From NCBI RefSeq assembly GCF_009914755.1, contig NC_060935.1: a stretch of DNA of 64,000 bases; one strand, given 5' to 3'. This document shows, in pieces, positions 35,880 to 51,699 of this stretch (position 1 is the first letter of the stretch; the number at the start of each line of letters is the position of its first letter). Both the position numbers and the translations under genes were made by a program. The notes under the pieces are model-generated. The model did not search any database. It had not been told where the DNA came from and saw only the letters and a list, made by a program, of their open reading frames with translations. The stretch comes from the human T2T-CHM13v2.0 reference genome, Homo sapiens.

Positions 35880-37265
35880 TCTAAAAATCACTATTTCTTA
35901 GCTCTGACCACTGTTAAGTTCTGGAATCAATGACCACCAAGTAGTAATGAGCACCCTAGCACCAATGCTGTGGCATTTAAATATTATTTTTCATTAATAG
36001 GGTAAGTGCCCTTTAAAATAATGGCTGATTTCAAATACAGGGCAGGACATGAATAAAATGGGTCTACTACACCTTACATACTAAAAAGCAAGAAAATGGT
36101 TAAAAACGTTGTGGTTATGTCTAAAGAACTCAGGGCCAACCTACCAGGCTCCCAATAGCTAAAGATGGGAAAAATTTAAGTTTCAGTGAGAATAAAACTG
36201 TAATGGACTCGTCAAAAATATAAAAATCCTGAGATTCACAATGATACCACAAAAAAGAAATTAACTCATTAACCAACTTCAGAGATTGCTAGAACACCAA
36301 GTTGTTTTTCTAGAAATCAGTAATAAAGAGAACATTTATTCTGTCTTTTCTGTACACACTGTGTTTCTAAGTCATCAAACAGTTGACGAAGGAAAGTCTT
36401 TACAAAAGAGTTTTAGCTAAGAAATACAGAAGGAATAATTGAATTAGAAAAGAACCCTTATGCAACTCCTAAAAAGTTGATCACTGATGGATGCTAAAGT
36501 GAGTAGATGTCAAGAAAAATTTATAGTGGATATATCAACTGACAAGATTGAAATCCAGGGATCATCCAGTCATGCTTGCCTCTTGGTATGATAAAATAGG
36601 AAGTATTCAGCCTTACCTATCAAATATTGCACACAAAATAATTGAATCTGAATCTAATCAAGAATCTAGTTCTATTGAGATTACAGGAAATTGTCAGACT
36701 AGAGAACGTGTGGAATGATAGTCTGAGTATGTAATCAGCCAAATCCATACTGTGGGAAATTCTACAGAATTAAAACCTCATTTCTTTAGTAAATCAATTT
36801 TCTAAAAGAAGGAAGGGAAATGTAACTATTGTAACCATTATAGATGGAAAGAGTCTTAAGAGACATATCAATCATATGGACTTTGGATATTAATTCAAAC
36901 AAACCTAAGGTAAGAGAAAAAACCCCACACATTTTAGGACAAAGAAAAGAAAGAACAGAATATTATAAAAGATTATTATTTTTAAATATGATAATGGTAA
37001 AATCTTCTTATTTTTAAAATATTTTACCTGTTAGAAATACATAGTAAAGTACTATGGTGAAATAATATGATGGCTGAGATTTACCTGAGATGTTTCAGGA
37101 AAAAATTGGAGGTAGTGGAGAAAGGATAAATATTAATAAAACAAAATGGGAAAACTGTTGCTATTTGTTGAAGCTTGTTGATGGGTACATGGGATTCATT
37201 ATGCTCTTCTCTGCATTTGTTTATTGGTTTGATGATTTCTATAATAAAAAGTGAAAAAAGTAAAA
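35880..37265 (+). mobile_element. L1MC-like 3' UTR
   Basis: gtagtaatgagcaccctagcacc...aataatggctgatttc...ttgttgaagcttgttgatgggtacatgggattcattat...ctataataaaaag. Confidence 0.75.
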
Positions 37266-38554
37266 GAGAAAAAGAAAACGAAAGTCAAGTTGTGGAACAA
37301 TGTGTATAGTATGCTTTAATTTTTTTCTTTTTAAAGAACAGAGTAGAACAAAGCACTGTTATACTATTATCTGTGGTTATCTTTGGGAAATGGGACTGGG
37401 GAATGATGTAGGAAGCTTCTGTTTTTTATTTTATAAACTTTGATTTCATTTGAATTTTTAAATAAGTACATATAACTTAAGTAACTAAAAAAAAAGAGAA
37501 AGAATAAATAAGATGTCATAAGTAAGGTATGAACAAAGTACTATGGAAGCTTGTTTCCTGTGCCCTGGCTGAACATAGCTGCTGAAAGGAGGACCTGAGG
37601 TTGTGAGGGTGCATGGAACACTTGAAGTCAGTGGAGCAGCCTTACACGGACCCCACACCAACTCACCTGCCGTGCTGTGAGGAGGCCTCAGCGACATGAC
37701 CCATGCTGTCTGGGAAAGGCAGTGATCGCAGTTCATTGTGTGACAGCTAAGCAGGCTTTACAGTAGAGTGAGTCCATGATTAGCTGCCTAAGGGAATGTA
37801 TTAGATCTGCTCACTGTGTGTTAAAATACAAATTTGTATCATTCTGAACAAATCTCTTAATGGCTGAGTAGACTACTTTGTTATAAAGATGTTACCAGTT
37901 ATTCGTTTTTTAACCATATCTTCCACGTCAGTGAGTTTCCTGTGTTGGTCCAGAGCTGGGAGGAGAGAGCACCTGAAGGGCATAGAGGGCCTGGATGACT
38001 TTGGCATCAGTTGGTTTAAACCGCTGGCTCCTGCAGAGGCTGTGGAGATTTCCCAGGGGGCTCACAAATCCATAGCCATGCCAGGCATAATCTAAGCATC
38101 ATAAACCATCCTTCACTTTCATGTACTGCTAGTTTGTGAATTTTCTGTAGATGGCATTGCGATCAGTTGAAATCCTTACTGAAATTGGAAGATTTTAGGA
38201 TCTTCTGCATCAACTACCATGACATGGGGTGGGGGGTGTCTGGGCTCTAAACTATTTGATATTTGAAGAGATCTTCATATGGTAAGAAAATAGGGACCAC
38301 TGGTGTGGAGTTATGAATTATTCTTAAACTGCTCTTCAGGGTTGAAGTTTGGGTGCCCTTTCTGTTTGTTTATAATAACATCCTAGGCATATTTCTGCCG
38401 TAATGTCCATTGAGACACCCAAGGCTTCTCCTTGCTCCCAGAGCAACTTACACAGAAATCCATTACAGTTTTTATAACAGTGATATATGATAGCTCAGTG
38501 TTATGTCTCCCCCACTAGTGGGGTGGGGCGGAAAATTTGGAGAGATGAGAACAG

Positions 38555-41030
38555 GGATTCATTTATTCAACAAACTCATGAAGCCACTGGCTGAGGACCT
38601 AGAGGCAGAGAGATGAACAAGATCCCTCACAGAGCTCGCTGAGTGACCATCCCGGTACAGTATGGGTAAGTGCTGTGGCTTTCCTAGGAAAACCAATGAG
38701 GCCTCTCACACAGATTGTGGAGGCCAGGGATGGTGGGAGCAGATGATGGCTAAATTGAGATTTGAATGACCAGTTGGAGTTTGCCAATGAAATGAGGGAG
38801 TGGGGGGCAATCTATATAGGAAAACTAGAAAGTGAAAAAGGGCAGAAGAAGAGATGATACAAGCCAAGCTGAGAGGTGGACAGTGTGGGGAGGGGAGGCT
38901 GGAGAGGTTGGTTGGGGCCAGACCATGATGGGTCCCCACCAAGGTGACATGATGAAGACTTGGGGCTTTAACTTGAGACAAATGAGAAGACACTGGAAAC
39001 TTAAAGGCAGAAAACCTAAGATGAGCCAATTTGCCTGCTTGCGTGACTTGGGCAACAGTGTGTGTGCTGGCTTGTTGTGTGCAAAATGGAAGTGAAGACA
39101 GGAGTCAGGCAGCTGATTCCTGATGCAGGTAAGATTCAGGTGGGGGTCTGAATGAAGGCAAAAGTGGTTGGGATGGAGAGATGAGGACAGGCTCATGGGA
39201 TGCCGCAGAGGAAGAATAGACTCAGCTTGGCACTGGTTTGGATGTGCAGAGGGAGGAGGAGGGAGGACTCAGATAATGACTGGATTTCCGGCTTCAGAAA
39301 CAGGTGGCCATTCACTGAGATAAGGAATACAGGAGGAGGAGCAGGTTTGGGGGAAGACAGTGCAGGAACTCAAACTCTCTTTGGGTGATATTTTGTCTAT
39401 TTTAGTATTTCTAAGAGATAGCTAGCTACCAGAATCATCAAGAAGGTGGATATCTCAAGCCACGGAGGAACATATAAATCTTCCTGCCTTTGGTTGCCAG
39501 GGGCAGTTTTTGAAATGTACATACCAGGACAGATGCCTTAACCTAGGTAGCACAGGACCACACACTCTTTGGAAAAGCAACAGTGAAGACAACCTTTGTG
39601 TTTTGAGGAAATGAATGCAGTTTATTTCCTGAGGGGAAAAAGTGTCATTTAGAGACAATACTGCTCAGTAGAGTAGAAGATCAATGTGGCTAACATCAGC
39701 TTTTTAGTAAGACCTAAAAGTAATGCAACTGCTGGAAAAAGCTCTATGATTTGGTGGAACTTTTAAGGTTTGATCCCAGTAGTTCAAATCCAGGCTTTTC
39801 CACTTACTAATTCTATGACCTTAGTCAAATTATTTAACCAGAGAGGTTAAGAATAATAAGTGCCTAAAACAGTTGCTGTGACAACAGAGATTAGTACATT
39901 TTAGTGTTGCAAACATATTATACTGAACTGGGTGATGCCAAGTGCCTTGTCCCATTTGTCCATTCTTTCATTCATAGAGTCACAAACACCTACTACAGGT
40001 ATCTACTAGGTGCCAGACACTCTGGCAGTCCCAGAGGACATCAAGTTTACTAAGACATGGTCCTTCAGAGTCAAGCAAGGATGAAAAAAGAAAAAAAGCA
40101 GAGAACCCAGGAATCAGGTGGTCCATTTTAGAAGAGAGTTGAAAAGGACCTGAACTAGGGCATGGGAAAAACAGACATGTACGAGCTGTTTAGGAGCTAG
40201 CCTCATTCACATGTCATGATGAATCATTGGTATAGGGTGAGAGAGGAGTAGCCTAGAATGAATCTCAGTATTCCAGCTTGGGCATAGGGAAAGATACGGG
40301 TGGGGGCTCCTTAGATGGTGTGGAATAGGTCTTGGCCAGCAGTGGGGGTAAGAGGTGGTGAAGTTACTTTGGAAGATATTGAGTTGAGGTGTGTGTGTGT
40401 GGATATTATCTGAAGACAGGACGGGGCAGCCATGGACAGGGATTTAGCTGCTCAAAGAAATGTGTAGAGTGGGAAGGGAAGAAGACTGAAGATGGGGCTC
40501 TGGAGAAGACTGATATTTAAACAGTAGATAAAAGGAGAGGAATACACAAAGACTAAGAAAGAACAGAGAAGTAGGAAAAGAAGGAAAAGGTAACATTGTG
40601 AAAATGACCTTTGAGGGAGTGAGTTTCAAGACTAGATGGCCACCTGACCTCATCAGGTTTGGCAATGTATAAATATAACCTTGAAAAGAGTAGTGCGAGT
40701 AGATTGGTGGAAACCAAAGCCACATTCAGTGGCTTGAGGAGCAAGTGGGAAGTGGGAAGGTGGAGACAGCAAGGAATAAGAACTCATTTGAGAGGTTTGG
40801 TATGATGGGGTAAAGATACGACTGTAGTTGTAAAAGGATGAAGGTCCAAGGAAGAATGGCAGACAAGGGGGAGGGAGATCCGAGATGAGGCTGAAGAAGT
40901 AGGTGGGAGGCACAACATGCAGAGCCCAGGAGGCCACAGGAAGGAGTTTGGATTGTATTTGCAATGTCCTGATTATCAGGGAACAGATTTAAGCAGGTGA
41001 ATGATGTGACCTGACCCCTCTGGCTGCTCA
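38555..41030 (-). mobile_element. Cluster of L2 fragments with one + strand MIR at about 39760-39900
   Basis: ttcatttattcaacaaa tail; ggtggccattcactgagataaggaatacaggaggaggagcaggtttgggg; tactaggtgccagacac. Confidence 0.65.
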
Positions 41031-42436
41031 GTCAATGACAGAGGAAGGGAACAACCAGGGTTTGACTTTCTCAAGGTGGAGACGGTCCATAATGAGGCCC
41101 TGGCAGTGGGTGGCTGAAGAGGTCTGCTGAAGGTGAGGGTCACCGAAGCCAGAAGCCAAAGCTGTTAGGAGACCCAAAGGACCCACGGTGATGCCAGGAA
41201 TTGGAATGGAGAGAGGAAAAGGTCTGGGGTGAGGGAACAGCGGGAGGTCAGTCAATGGAAGCAGGGTCGTGACTCGGGAAGGTTTGCACTGGGGCAGTGG
41301 CTAAGGACAAGGGGACAAATGACCCTGTAACTCTGAGCATGTTCCTCCTCTGTTCAGCATTCATCAAAACTCTCTATTACCCACTGGAGAATGCCCAAAC
41401 ATCTCAGCCCTGTCCTGCACAATACATCTTAACAGCCTCATCTCCCACTCCACTCTCCCCCGGACCCATTGAACCACTTGAGGTTTCCTGAACATGCTAT
41501 GCTGTCCATACCACTCTCCGTTTGCACACAGCACTCCTCCCATCTGAAATATCTGTCTCTTCTTCCCTCCCTTGCAAGAACCCCTACTTATCCTTTATGA
41601 TCTGTTCAAATATCACTCCTCTGTAAACCTTTTCTCAAGTGCCCCGGCCATTCAGGGAGCCAATATTTACTGAACACCTATCACATGCCAGGCTCTGAGC
41701 AAGGCACATATTTATCTACTCTCTCCCCTGTGCTGCTCCATGCAAACGTCCCAGGCCTGCCAGCGAGTGGTGTCTGGCCCTGTGCCAGAACTCCCAGACT
41801 TGGCTCAATAATCACTAAATGTGAGAACCAGTCTCCATTGGAATCTCATCAACAGGAAGGGCTGGGCAGGTTTCTTCTCATTTCCTTGCCTTAGCTCCCA
41901 CCTCAGCAGCTTCTGTGGCTATAAACAACAAAGGACACCTAGTGTGGGAGCTTCCCTGGTCTGTGAAACAGTGTTCTTGATTCATGGGGACATTGTGATC
42001 AGCTTTTACTGCAGTGCATTTTCCATATTTTGACTTATGGATACCTCAGTGCATGGCCTATTTGTATCTGGGCACCAGATGATTTTTCCCCAAGAGTCAT
42101 TTGCTTTGCTGTAAGCAGAATGGAAGTAACTGAGAGAATCTCTTTGGGGGATATTCCTCTTAGAGTAGAGACATATGTAAGGTGGCAAAAGCACTCAGTC
42201 AGGGGCTGATATTTAGTAAACAAATATTTCATGAGATGAGTGCTGGGCCAGGATATGAGCTAGGCACTGAAGGACAAAGATGAACTTGGTCCCAGCCCTC
42301 TGGAATGTCAGAGCTGCTGTTCAACCTGCAGTGGAGCTGTTTCCCTCACCCTCCTCTTGGCATTGACACTCTCACTCATCTTTCAGCACCAGCCTAAGCC
42401 TCCCCTTCTCTGGAAAGTCTTCCATGGGGCCAGCAG

Positions 42437-42922
42437 CTATGACAAGTTGTCTATCCAATACCTTTTTCCCTTCTTCCTTATAAATAAACTCTGGTTATAT
42501 GGTATATTTTGAGTAGTATTGTATATAGTTGATGAATTTCATTTCTCAATCTCCCCGTCATTGAAATGCAAGAAGTTGGGTGATGTTTCTGACAAAGTGC
42601 CTTAAAAGGAAATGATTCAGCTGAAAGGTGCCCCCTATTTGCCCTCACTCACTTACTCCCTTTTCATTTCTGGACCTCAGATGTGATACCTGGAGCTCTT
42701 GCAGACACCTTGAACCATAAGGCAATCTTGCCAATGTAAGACACACTAACAATGGCAGAGAAGAAATATAGAGGGTGCTTGATGATCTTGAAACTACTCT
42801 AAAAGTCCTGGACTGTCTACCTCTGGATTTCTCCATGTCAGAGAAACAAACAAACCTTATATTATGCCACCTTTATTTTTGTTGCCTGTCCTGTGCAATT
42901 AAACCTGATCCTAACCAAAACA
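42437..42922 (+). mobile_element. Old MaLR LTR (MLT1J-like)
   Basis: ttcccttcttcctta...atttctcaatctccc...gagaaacaaacaaacctt...aaacctgatcctaacc. Confidence 0.5.
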
Positions 42923-43223
42923 ACCCCTAGGCTGCTTTACTCCTTTATCCTGATTTTTTTTTTTGGTAGCCCTTACTACTATCTAACATTTTTATTGGTC
43001 TCTGTTGCCCATTAGAATATAAGCTCCATGAGAATAGTGATTTCTCATGACCTAGAATAGTGCCTGGCATGCAATACAACCTCATTAAAAAGTTGCAGCA
43101 CTTGTTATTGTTATACACACCCAGCACATTTCTTCTGTACAGTCATCATACTAATCACACTTGCAACCACGCAGTTAACATCTGCCTTCCCCACCAGGCT
43201 GTATACATCATATTGACAGGGAA

Positions 43224-43410
43224 TATATATACACACACACATATATATATACACACATACATATATATATACACACATATACACGCTATATATATATACA
43301 CACATATATAGTGTCTATATATATATATACATACACACATATATAGTGTCTATATATATATACACACACATATATACTGTGTATATATATAGTGTGTGTG
43401 TATGTGTGTC
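43224..43410. repeat. (TA)n/(CA)n/(TG)n complex microsatellite
   Basis: Directly visible. Contains a duplicated cacacatatatagtgtctatatata unit. Confidence 0.95.
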
Positions 43411-43980
43411 TTGCTCTGTGTTGTATCATCAGCATCTAGCTTAATGCCATTACATAAAGAATCCATAGAAATGCTATAAGTGGAGAAAATATTAATTTGC
43501 TGAATTGTGGGCAGGAGGAGGTGGCTGAGGAGGTAAGGGTGGTCTGACAGCAGTCTCTGTGAGAGGAGCAGTCCAAGTGGGGGCGGGAGGTGAGAACTGG
43601 AATATGTCTTCCAGGGAGCTGGAGGAAAGAGGGTCTCTTGGGAGGATCCTGGGATGGAAACTGTCCAGGCTTCTGGAAAGAGGTGAAGTGAGAAAGATGG
43701 CAGCTACCTGATGAGATTGTTCCCTGCAACCAGTTCTCCATCTTAAATTACTAAATGCATGAAATTCCTGATCTTATTAGGTGAGTTGTTGAAAATATTG
43801 AAGACATGGGGTAATGGGTGCTGTGTGTTGTAACAGGAGCAGCGCATTTGAACACAGGAGAGGAAATGCAGATAAACAGGATGGCGTAGGCCATGGCAAT
43901 CACAGAAATTCTGTGAGAGACTCCTGACTGCTGGAGTGTCTGAAATGAATGGTTATGGACAAGTAGACATCATTTCCCAT

Positions 43981-44786
<806 letters not shown>

Positions 44787-45559
44787 CCCATGAAGTATGT
44801 AGGCCCAGCTGACATCTGTTACAAAACTTAATTAAATTGAACTGAATTAGTGTTGCTTCCTTTTTAGTGGAATGATAGAAAGCTGTCCCAGGGCAATGGC
44901 AGCATAAAGTAAGTGGGCCTAACTCTGCCTAAGAATATCAGGTGGGTTTTACAGAGGGGGTGTCATGAAACAAAGTCTTAATGGCTAAGTAGATGGTCAC
45001 TGAATAGGTAAAGAGAAAAGGAAGCCTGGGCTGAGGAAACAGACAGGAAAGGACATGGGAGGAAACAGGTCATAGGTGTGTTCAGAAAATGACTAGTGCT
45101 TTTTACGGTTGAGTGTAAGTTCCCTTCAGGGGAACAGCAGAGAAAACACTGCAGGGGACAGCTTGCTCAGGTTATGAAAAGCCCATATTTCTAGCTAAAG
45201 AGTTTGGATAGTGTCCTTCAGACAATACAGAGTGATTGAAGGATTTTAGGTATCAGAATTCTATTATTTCATCTGTGTTCTAGAATACCAACCAGTGGCA
45301 GAGTGGAGGATGGTCTGGAAGGATGGATTATAGTCAGGAGACTGATTGGTGAAATAGTCCAGTGTGATAATAATAATAATAATAGCTAATATTCAATTAG
45401 CATTTTATTGTCTATGTCTACATCTACTTTCTGATAGCCTTGTCAGTGCTCACCCAAAGCCTGAAAAATAACCATTAATGATAATTATCCAGGCCTTAGA
45501 GTTGGGAAAAGCAGACACCTGCAGTCTAGATAGACACATACATTTCACAGTGAGGACAA

Positions 45560-45790
45560 AAGGGTAGCAGGCAAGTGCCTGGATTCTGGTGCAGACTGTC
45601 TCAGTCTAAATGGGGCAATTCCACTTCCTAGCTGGGTGACCTTGGACAAGTGATTTAACTCTGGTCTCAGCCTTTTGATTCATACATGAGGCTAAAGACA
45701 ATAATTACTCCTTGGTTTGTTGCAAGGATAAGATGAGTGTGCAAAGTGAACAGAAAAATGCCTGTTGTATAACGTGCTATTTGACTGCTA
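45560..45790 (+). mobile_element. MIR
   Basis: ccacttcctagctgggtgaccttggacaagtgatttaactct. Confidence 0.75.
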
Positions 45791-47254
45791 TTATTAAGAA
45801 GTGTTTTGAGAAGGCATTTCCAGGGATATAGAACCATAGATGATGGTATTACTCACTCCCCCTGGTGGGATTTGGAAAAGGAGAGGGGATGGGACCGAAA
45901 AGATGTATGGGAGCCTGCTGGGCAGCAAAGAGGAGGGAAGGCATTCCTGACACGGGGAACAGAGTGTGCAAAGGCATGGAGAAATGAAGAAATGAAGACA
46001 ACTGCATTTTAAGGGAGGATGGAGAGTTTGAAGCATAGGGTTTGCCTGGAACAGGTCGTGATGTAAGTGTGATAGGCTGGGGCCAAAGCTGACGATCCTA
46101 GAGTTGAAGATGTGTGTAACAATATCAGATCTGTCCTGTGTTGGCCATGTGTGGAGGGAAGAGACAATGGGCAGAAAGACCTAGAAGGAGGTAAACAATG
46201 AATTGGGGCCAGAACTAGAATTATAAACAGTGTTTGTAAATATGAAGAGTAAGAAACAGATGTGAGCAGCATTTCTGATTTGGAATGGACCAAATTTGAT
46301 GCCTGTATGTGGGAAGTGAGAAAATAAGAATTGAGGAGGAGTAAAAGATGACAGGTACCATTCATTTAGACAAATAATTCAGAAGGATGCCTAGACTTCA
46401 GCTGGGCTTTGCACACGCTGGATATAAGGCGCTTTTCAGACATCCACTTTGGTGGAGGAGTGCAGAAGACAGTTGCAAAAATCAGTTTGGAGTCTGGAAA
46501 GCCAAGTGGGAGCATGATGCTGACTGGGGACCCATCGGCATGTAAACACTGGCTGAAGCTGTGGAATTGGCAGAGCTTGTCTAGGAATGTGTACGATGAG
46601 AAGAGGAGACGGAGCAAACCTCCTGCAACAAGTCATGGTTTCTTAATTTGGCTCATTCAGCAAAATCTACATCCAGATTAACAATGTGGAACTCAGCAAA
46701 TATTCTCTTTACTTTTAGCGCACTGAAGAATGAGCTGAAGATGAAATAAGTTTGAGTTTTGAATAGGAGTGGTTCAGGAACCAAGACCTGATATTAAAGG
46801 GAATGAATAGAAATGAATGATCATTATAATACATTTAATAACTTAATATACTTAATAACACCTGGCATTTATAGACCACTTTTCTCCAAAGGAACTGGAA
46901 TCTCTCCCCAGACACTATGAATCTTTAGAGAAAGTTTGGGAGGTCTGTAAGAGGCAAGGGAGATCATATTAACTTGTGGCACGCAGAAAAAATGGGGCTC
47001 TCAGAAGACCAGGAAATTCTGTTTAAGAACAGAGCAAAGAGTGTTTTGTGACTGAACAACCATTGCTCTAAGCACCTTCCTTGTGGCCAACAGTCTGACC
47101 TACCTTCTTGTCTAGATCTGATAACACAATCTTGTGCACTTATGATGTTGCAAAATCCTCAATCTCAAATCCTGTCTCAAACCATCCCAAGTATATGGGC
47201 TTCATACATTCCAGAAGAGGACTCTATTGCAACAAGATATGCCCTAGTGCAGAA

Positions 47255-47640
47255 AGTAGAGTATTTAGAACCACACCCACCTGGGACAAGGGCCACAGCT
47301 GCTATTTACTAGCTGTGTGATGCTGGGCTATTTATTTTATGTCTCTGGGTCTCAGTTTCCCCAACCTCAAAGTGAAGATAACACTTCCTACTTCAGGGTT
47401 GTATGAAGTGCAGTCAAAAAACATTTATTGAGCTATGTGCCTAGCATTGTTTAAATTTCTTGGGTTATACTGGAAAACAAAACAGAGATCCTTACCCTTG
47501 GGCTCTTACCTTTCAAGGAGGTAAGAGGTGGGAGGGAAGGAAAGATGGATGGTAAACAATGAAATAATAGACCAAAGAATCTGCTGTGTTGGGAGACTAT
47601 GTTAGAGTTCTGAGAAAAGGATAGATTGGGTATGTTTGTC
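47255..47640. mobile_element. MIR (+) followed by L2 (-) fragment
   Basis: tactagctgtgtgatgctgggc...tctcagtttcc; aaacatttattgagctatgtgcctagc. Confidence 0.65.
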
Positions 47641-48126
47641 ACTGAGCACCCTGTCTAGCTAGCACATAGTAGGCATTCCCAGAATTGGTGCCACTATTAT
47701 TGCAACTAAGGAAAGAGTGAATGAAGTGCCTGAGGCAGAATGATAGGCTGTAAATTTTTATGAAAATGTGTCTATCTCTTAAACTTCAATTAGGAGTAAG
47801 CAGAAAAGTTGCCAAGGAGGGATAACAGTAGAAGATTACAAAGTGAAAAAAAAGACCTGAAATGCTTTTAAGTAATGTGTAATCAGTTGCATCTATTCTA
47901 GTGACCACCAATTAAGCTGTCTCATGCAAGCTCACAGAGAAAATCACTTGCCCAAACAGGTAGACTATGAAACGCACATTATAAGACCTTCAGCATTAAA
48001 CTCATGAGTTTCATTTTTTACCATAACTCAGGGAGCAGTTTAGAAAGTTAGCCTATTTTATTCTAACAAGCATCCTCTACAAGCGACCACTTAAAACCCA
48101 TATATTTTTAGCTGTATTTTAATTAA

Positions 48127-48489
<363 letters not shown>

Positions 48490-48639
48490 TGATGCCATCT
48501 TCAGTTGGCTTGAAGGGTCACCATCAAAGGTTTCGGTCGTTCATTTATTAGTTTGCCTAACAAACATTTATAAAGTTAATAATAAAAATGAAAGTTAAAA
48601 ATTCTTCAACATAAACCCGTTACCATGTCAAATATTTAT

Positions 48640-48825
48640 GTGCAATGCCAAATTTAATATTCTCAACAACCCTGAGAGGTGGATACCTTTTAGATAAGAA
48701 AAGTGAGGCTTAGAGAGATTAAGTAAGTTCACATGATCAAATAGGTTAAAAAAAAAAAAGGCAAAGTCAGGATTTAAACCCAAGTCTGACTGGCCACTGA
48801 GAACTCATAGTTGACTACTGTTATA
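48640..48825 (-). mobile_element. MIR
   Basis: caacaaccctgagagg...agataagaaaagtgaggcttagagagattaagtaa. Confidence 0.7.
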
Positions 48826-50039
48826 TATGACAGACCTCATGCTAAAGGGTAAGGTATGGTTATGGTCTTGGAGGACCTAGTTATTCAACAGGGAGACATA
48901 CAAGTAAGCAAATAATTATGAGACAGTATGGCAAGTGCTAACCTAAACATACTAGGCATACTCTGGGAACCAAGAAAAAAAATATTTGCCTACTCAGATT
49001 GATTGCATTGGAGAAATGTTTCCAGAAGTGATTCTTAAGGTGGGTGTTGATGGATAAGTAGGAGTTTGTCTGAAAGCAAAGGGCGGGTCATGAAGGAAAG
49101 AGCATATTGAGCAAGTTTTCTCTGGCTCTAAAGCCCATGCTTTTACACACGATGCGAAACTACCTCCATACATCCCACGATTAGTCAGACGGTCACTGAA
49201 TATTCTGTAGTACGCTCAGGTCTTTTAGGGAACCAAAAAGAAAAGAAAGAAATTACTCGAGTTAATATCTATAATCAACCCAGAGAATTCAGGTCTTACT
49301 CATGCATATTCTCCTTGTACATGTTTGCCCCCAAGGATTTTGAAATGAGTCACTTATCTGAACTCTGCCCAATGAGACAACCAGCTCTGACAGGCAGAGT
49401 TCACAGGGCACTGGGGACCTGGCTGTGTATCCCAGAAACTGATCACAGTGGGCTCTCACCCTGAAGCTCCTCAGTGAGTACCTGGTACACTCTAGACACA
49501 AAAAGTAAACGACAGGGAGCAGTTTAAGATAGGGTTGATGCAGCAATCTCAGAACAAGTGGTCAACGGGAACATGGTGAAATTGGTTTGGTTTTTGGACT
49601 TGTAGTTGTGTATGATAAGAGAAAGAATGATTTCAATGGCGACTGTGTAGCATTGTCCCGCTAAAAGGATAGCTTTGTAGGAAAGAGTTTTTCTGTTCTC
49701 TGAGAAATGAAAATGTGTTTGCATTTCTGTTGAATCATGGCAGAGATAGGCTCAGCTGTAGATATTCCTGTACTAAAGGCTATAATTACAATGGGAGCCC
49801 TTACATAATGCTTATTGCAATTGGGCTTGAGATTTGAAAGCTGAACAAGGGAAATATAACGTCTCACACAGAGGTAGGAACATGGTTGGTAGACAACGGT
49901 TATTTGCTAAATCAAATAACTAAAATATTAAGTATTAGAAAAGTCAAATGAATAGATAAATTTATTTGATTTTCCTTTGGTGTGGACATTTTAATTAAAA
50001 GTATGGGTTATTTATGATTCCAAAGAAAAAAAATCAAGC

Positions 50040-50685
50040 ACTGAAGCAAGAGGAATAGCATGTACAGTGGCCCTGGGCAGGGGAACATATGAGGTCCCTA
50101 GGGAAATGCAAATATTCCAGAGTGGAGTGCAGGAGTGGAGGGGGAGATGGATTCCGCCACATTAGGCTGGAGAAGGTGAGAGGTCCAGACTCGTGATTAA
50201 GGAGTTGAGAACAATGGGAGTATTAACGCGTTTTAGGTAGAAACGATTTATGTCTTCAGAGGACTCCTCTGGATGCTATGTGAGAAAGGATTGCAGGGAG
50301 CAACAGTGAATTCCAGGACAGCTGGCCACAGAATTCCTGAAGGTTTCTCAGTAAGAGGGGGATGAACAAGGGGGTGGCAGGGACATGGGCAGATGGGACG
50401 GATTAGAGACTGGGCAAGTAAAACTGGCAAGGCTGGAGGGAAAGAGAGAAATCATCATCAACTCCTGGAATTTTCACTTGATCACCTGGGCAAGGGTGGT
50501 GGCACATCCGGAGATGGGAAAGAGCAGAAGCAGAAGGTGAGAACATCTGGAGGAGAGGATCAAGAGGTTGGTTTTGGACCTAGTAGGTTTTGGATTGCTG
50601 GGGTGACATCCAAATGGAGATTTCAGGCATAAAATATGGAGTATGGGGCCCATTGGAATGGTTTAGGGATACAAATTCAAAAGAG
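50040..50685 (-). mobile_element. L2 fragment
   Basis: gaggaatagcatgtacagtggccctgg...gtgacatccaaatggaga. Confidence 0.55.
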
Positions 50686-50688
50686 ATC

Positions 50689-50690
<2 letters not shown>

Positions 50691-50721
<31 letters not shown>
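50691..50721. repeat. (GT)n microsatellite
   Basis: Directly visible. Confidence 0.97.
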
Positions 50722-50723
<2 letters not shown>

Positions 50724-51323
50724 ATACTAAACAGAAATAGATCATAGGCTCCTACTATACAGCAATCTGTTTTCTTGGTCTAAAATATTTCTTGTGCACA
50801 TTTCTTTGATAACCTATATAGAATTCCCTTATGTTTTAAATGGCTGAATGGTATTCCATTGTGTAGATATGCCATGTTTTAATTAAAAATTTTACATTAT
50901 GAAATATTAGAAAAATAGATAAGTACAGGATGTATAACAGATATCCTTACACCTAACAGCTAGATTTAATAGATGTTAACATTTTCACTTATCAGTCTCG
51001 GTTCTCCTTATTTTGGGTTTAGAAAACTAATAGTTCAGATACAGGTAAACTCCTGCTCCCATCCCTCTCATTCTTTTTCTTCACCCCCCGCCCCTTATCC
51101 TTTTTCAGAGCTAACTAATTATCCTAAAGGTGGTGTGCATGTTTTCTGGGCATGGTTTCGTACTTTCCAATATGTGTTTGCTTCTGTAAGTAATATATAG
51201 TACAGTGTTACTTTAAAATTCACATACATGGCTTCATATAGTTACATATCCTCTTGTAATCCATTGTTTTCACTCAGTATTGTATTTATGATGTTTATCC
51301 ATCTTTAAAAACAAAGTCCTCCA

Positions 51324-51699
<376 letters not shown>

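Noticed and set aside
43060-43340. ORFs with YI/CV/HT repeats
   Set aside because: Translations of a dinucleotide microsatellite.
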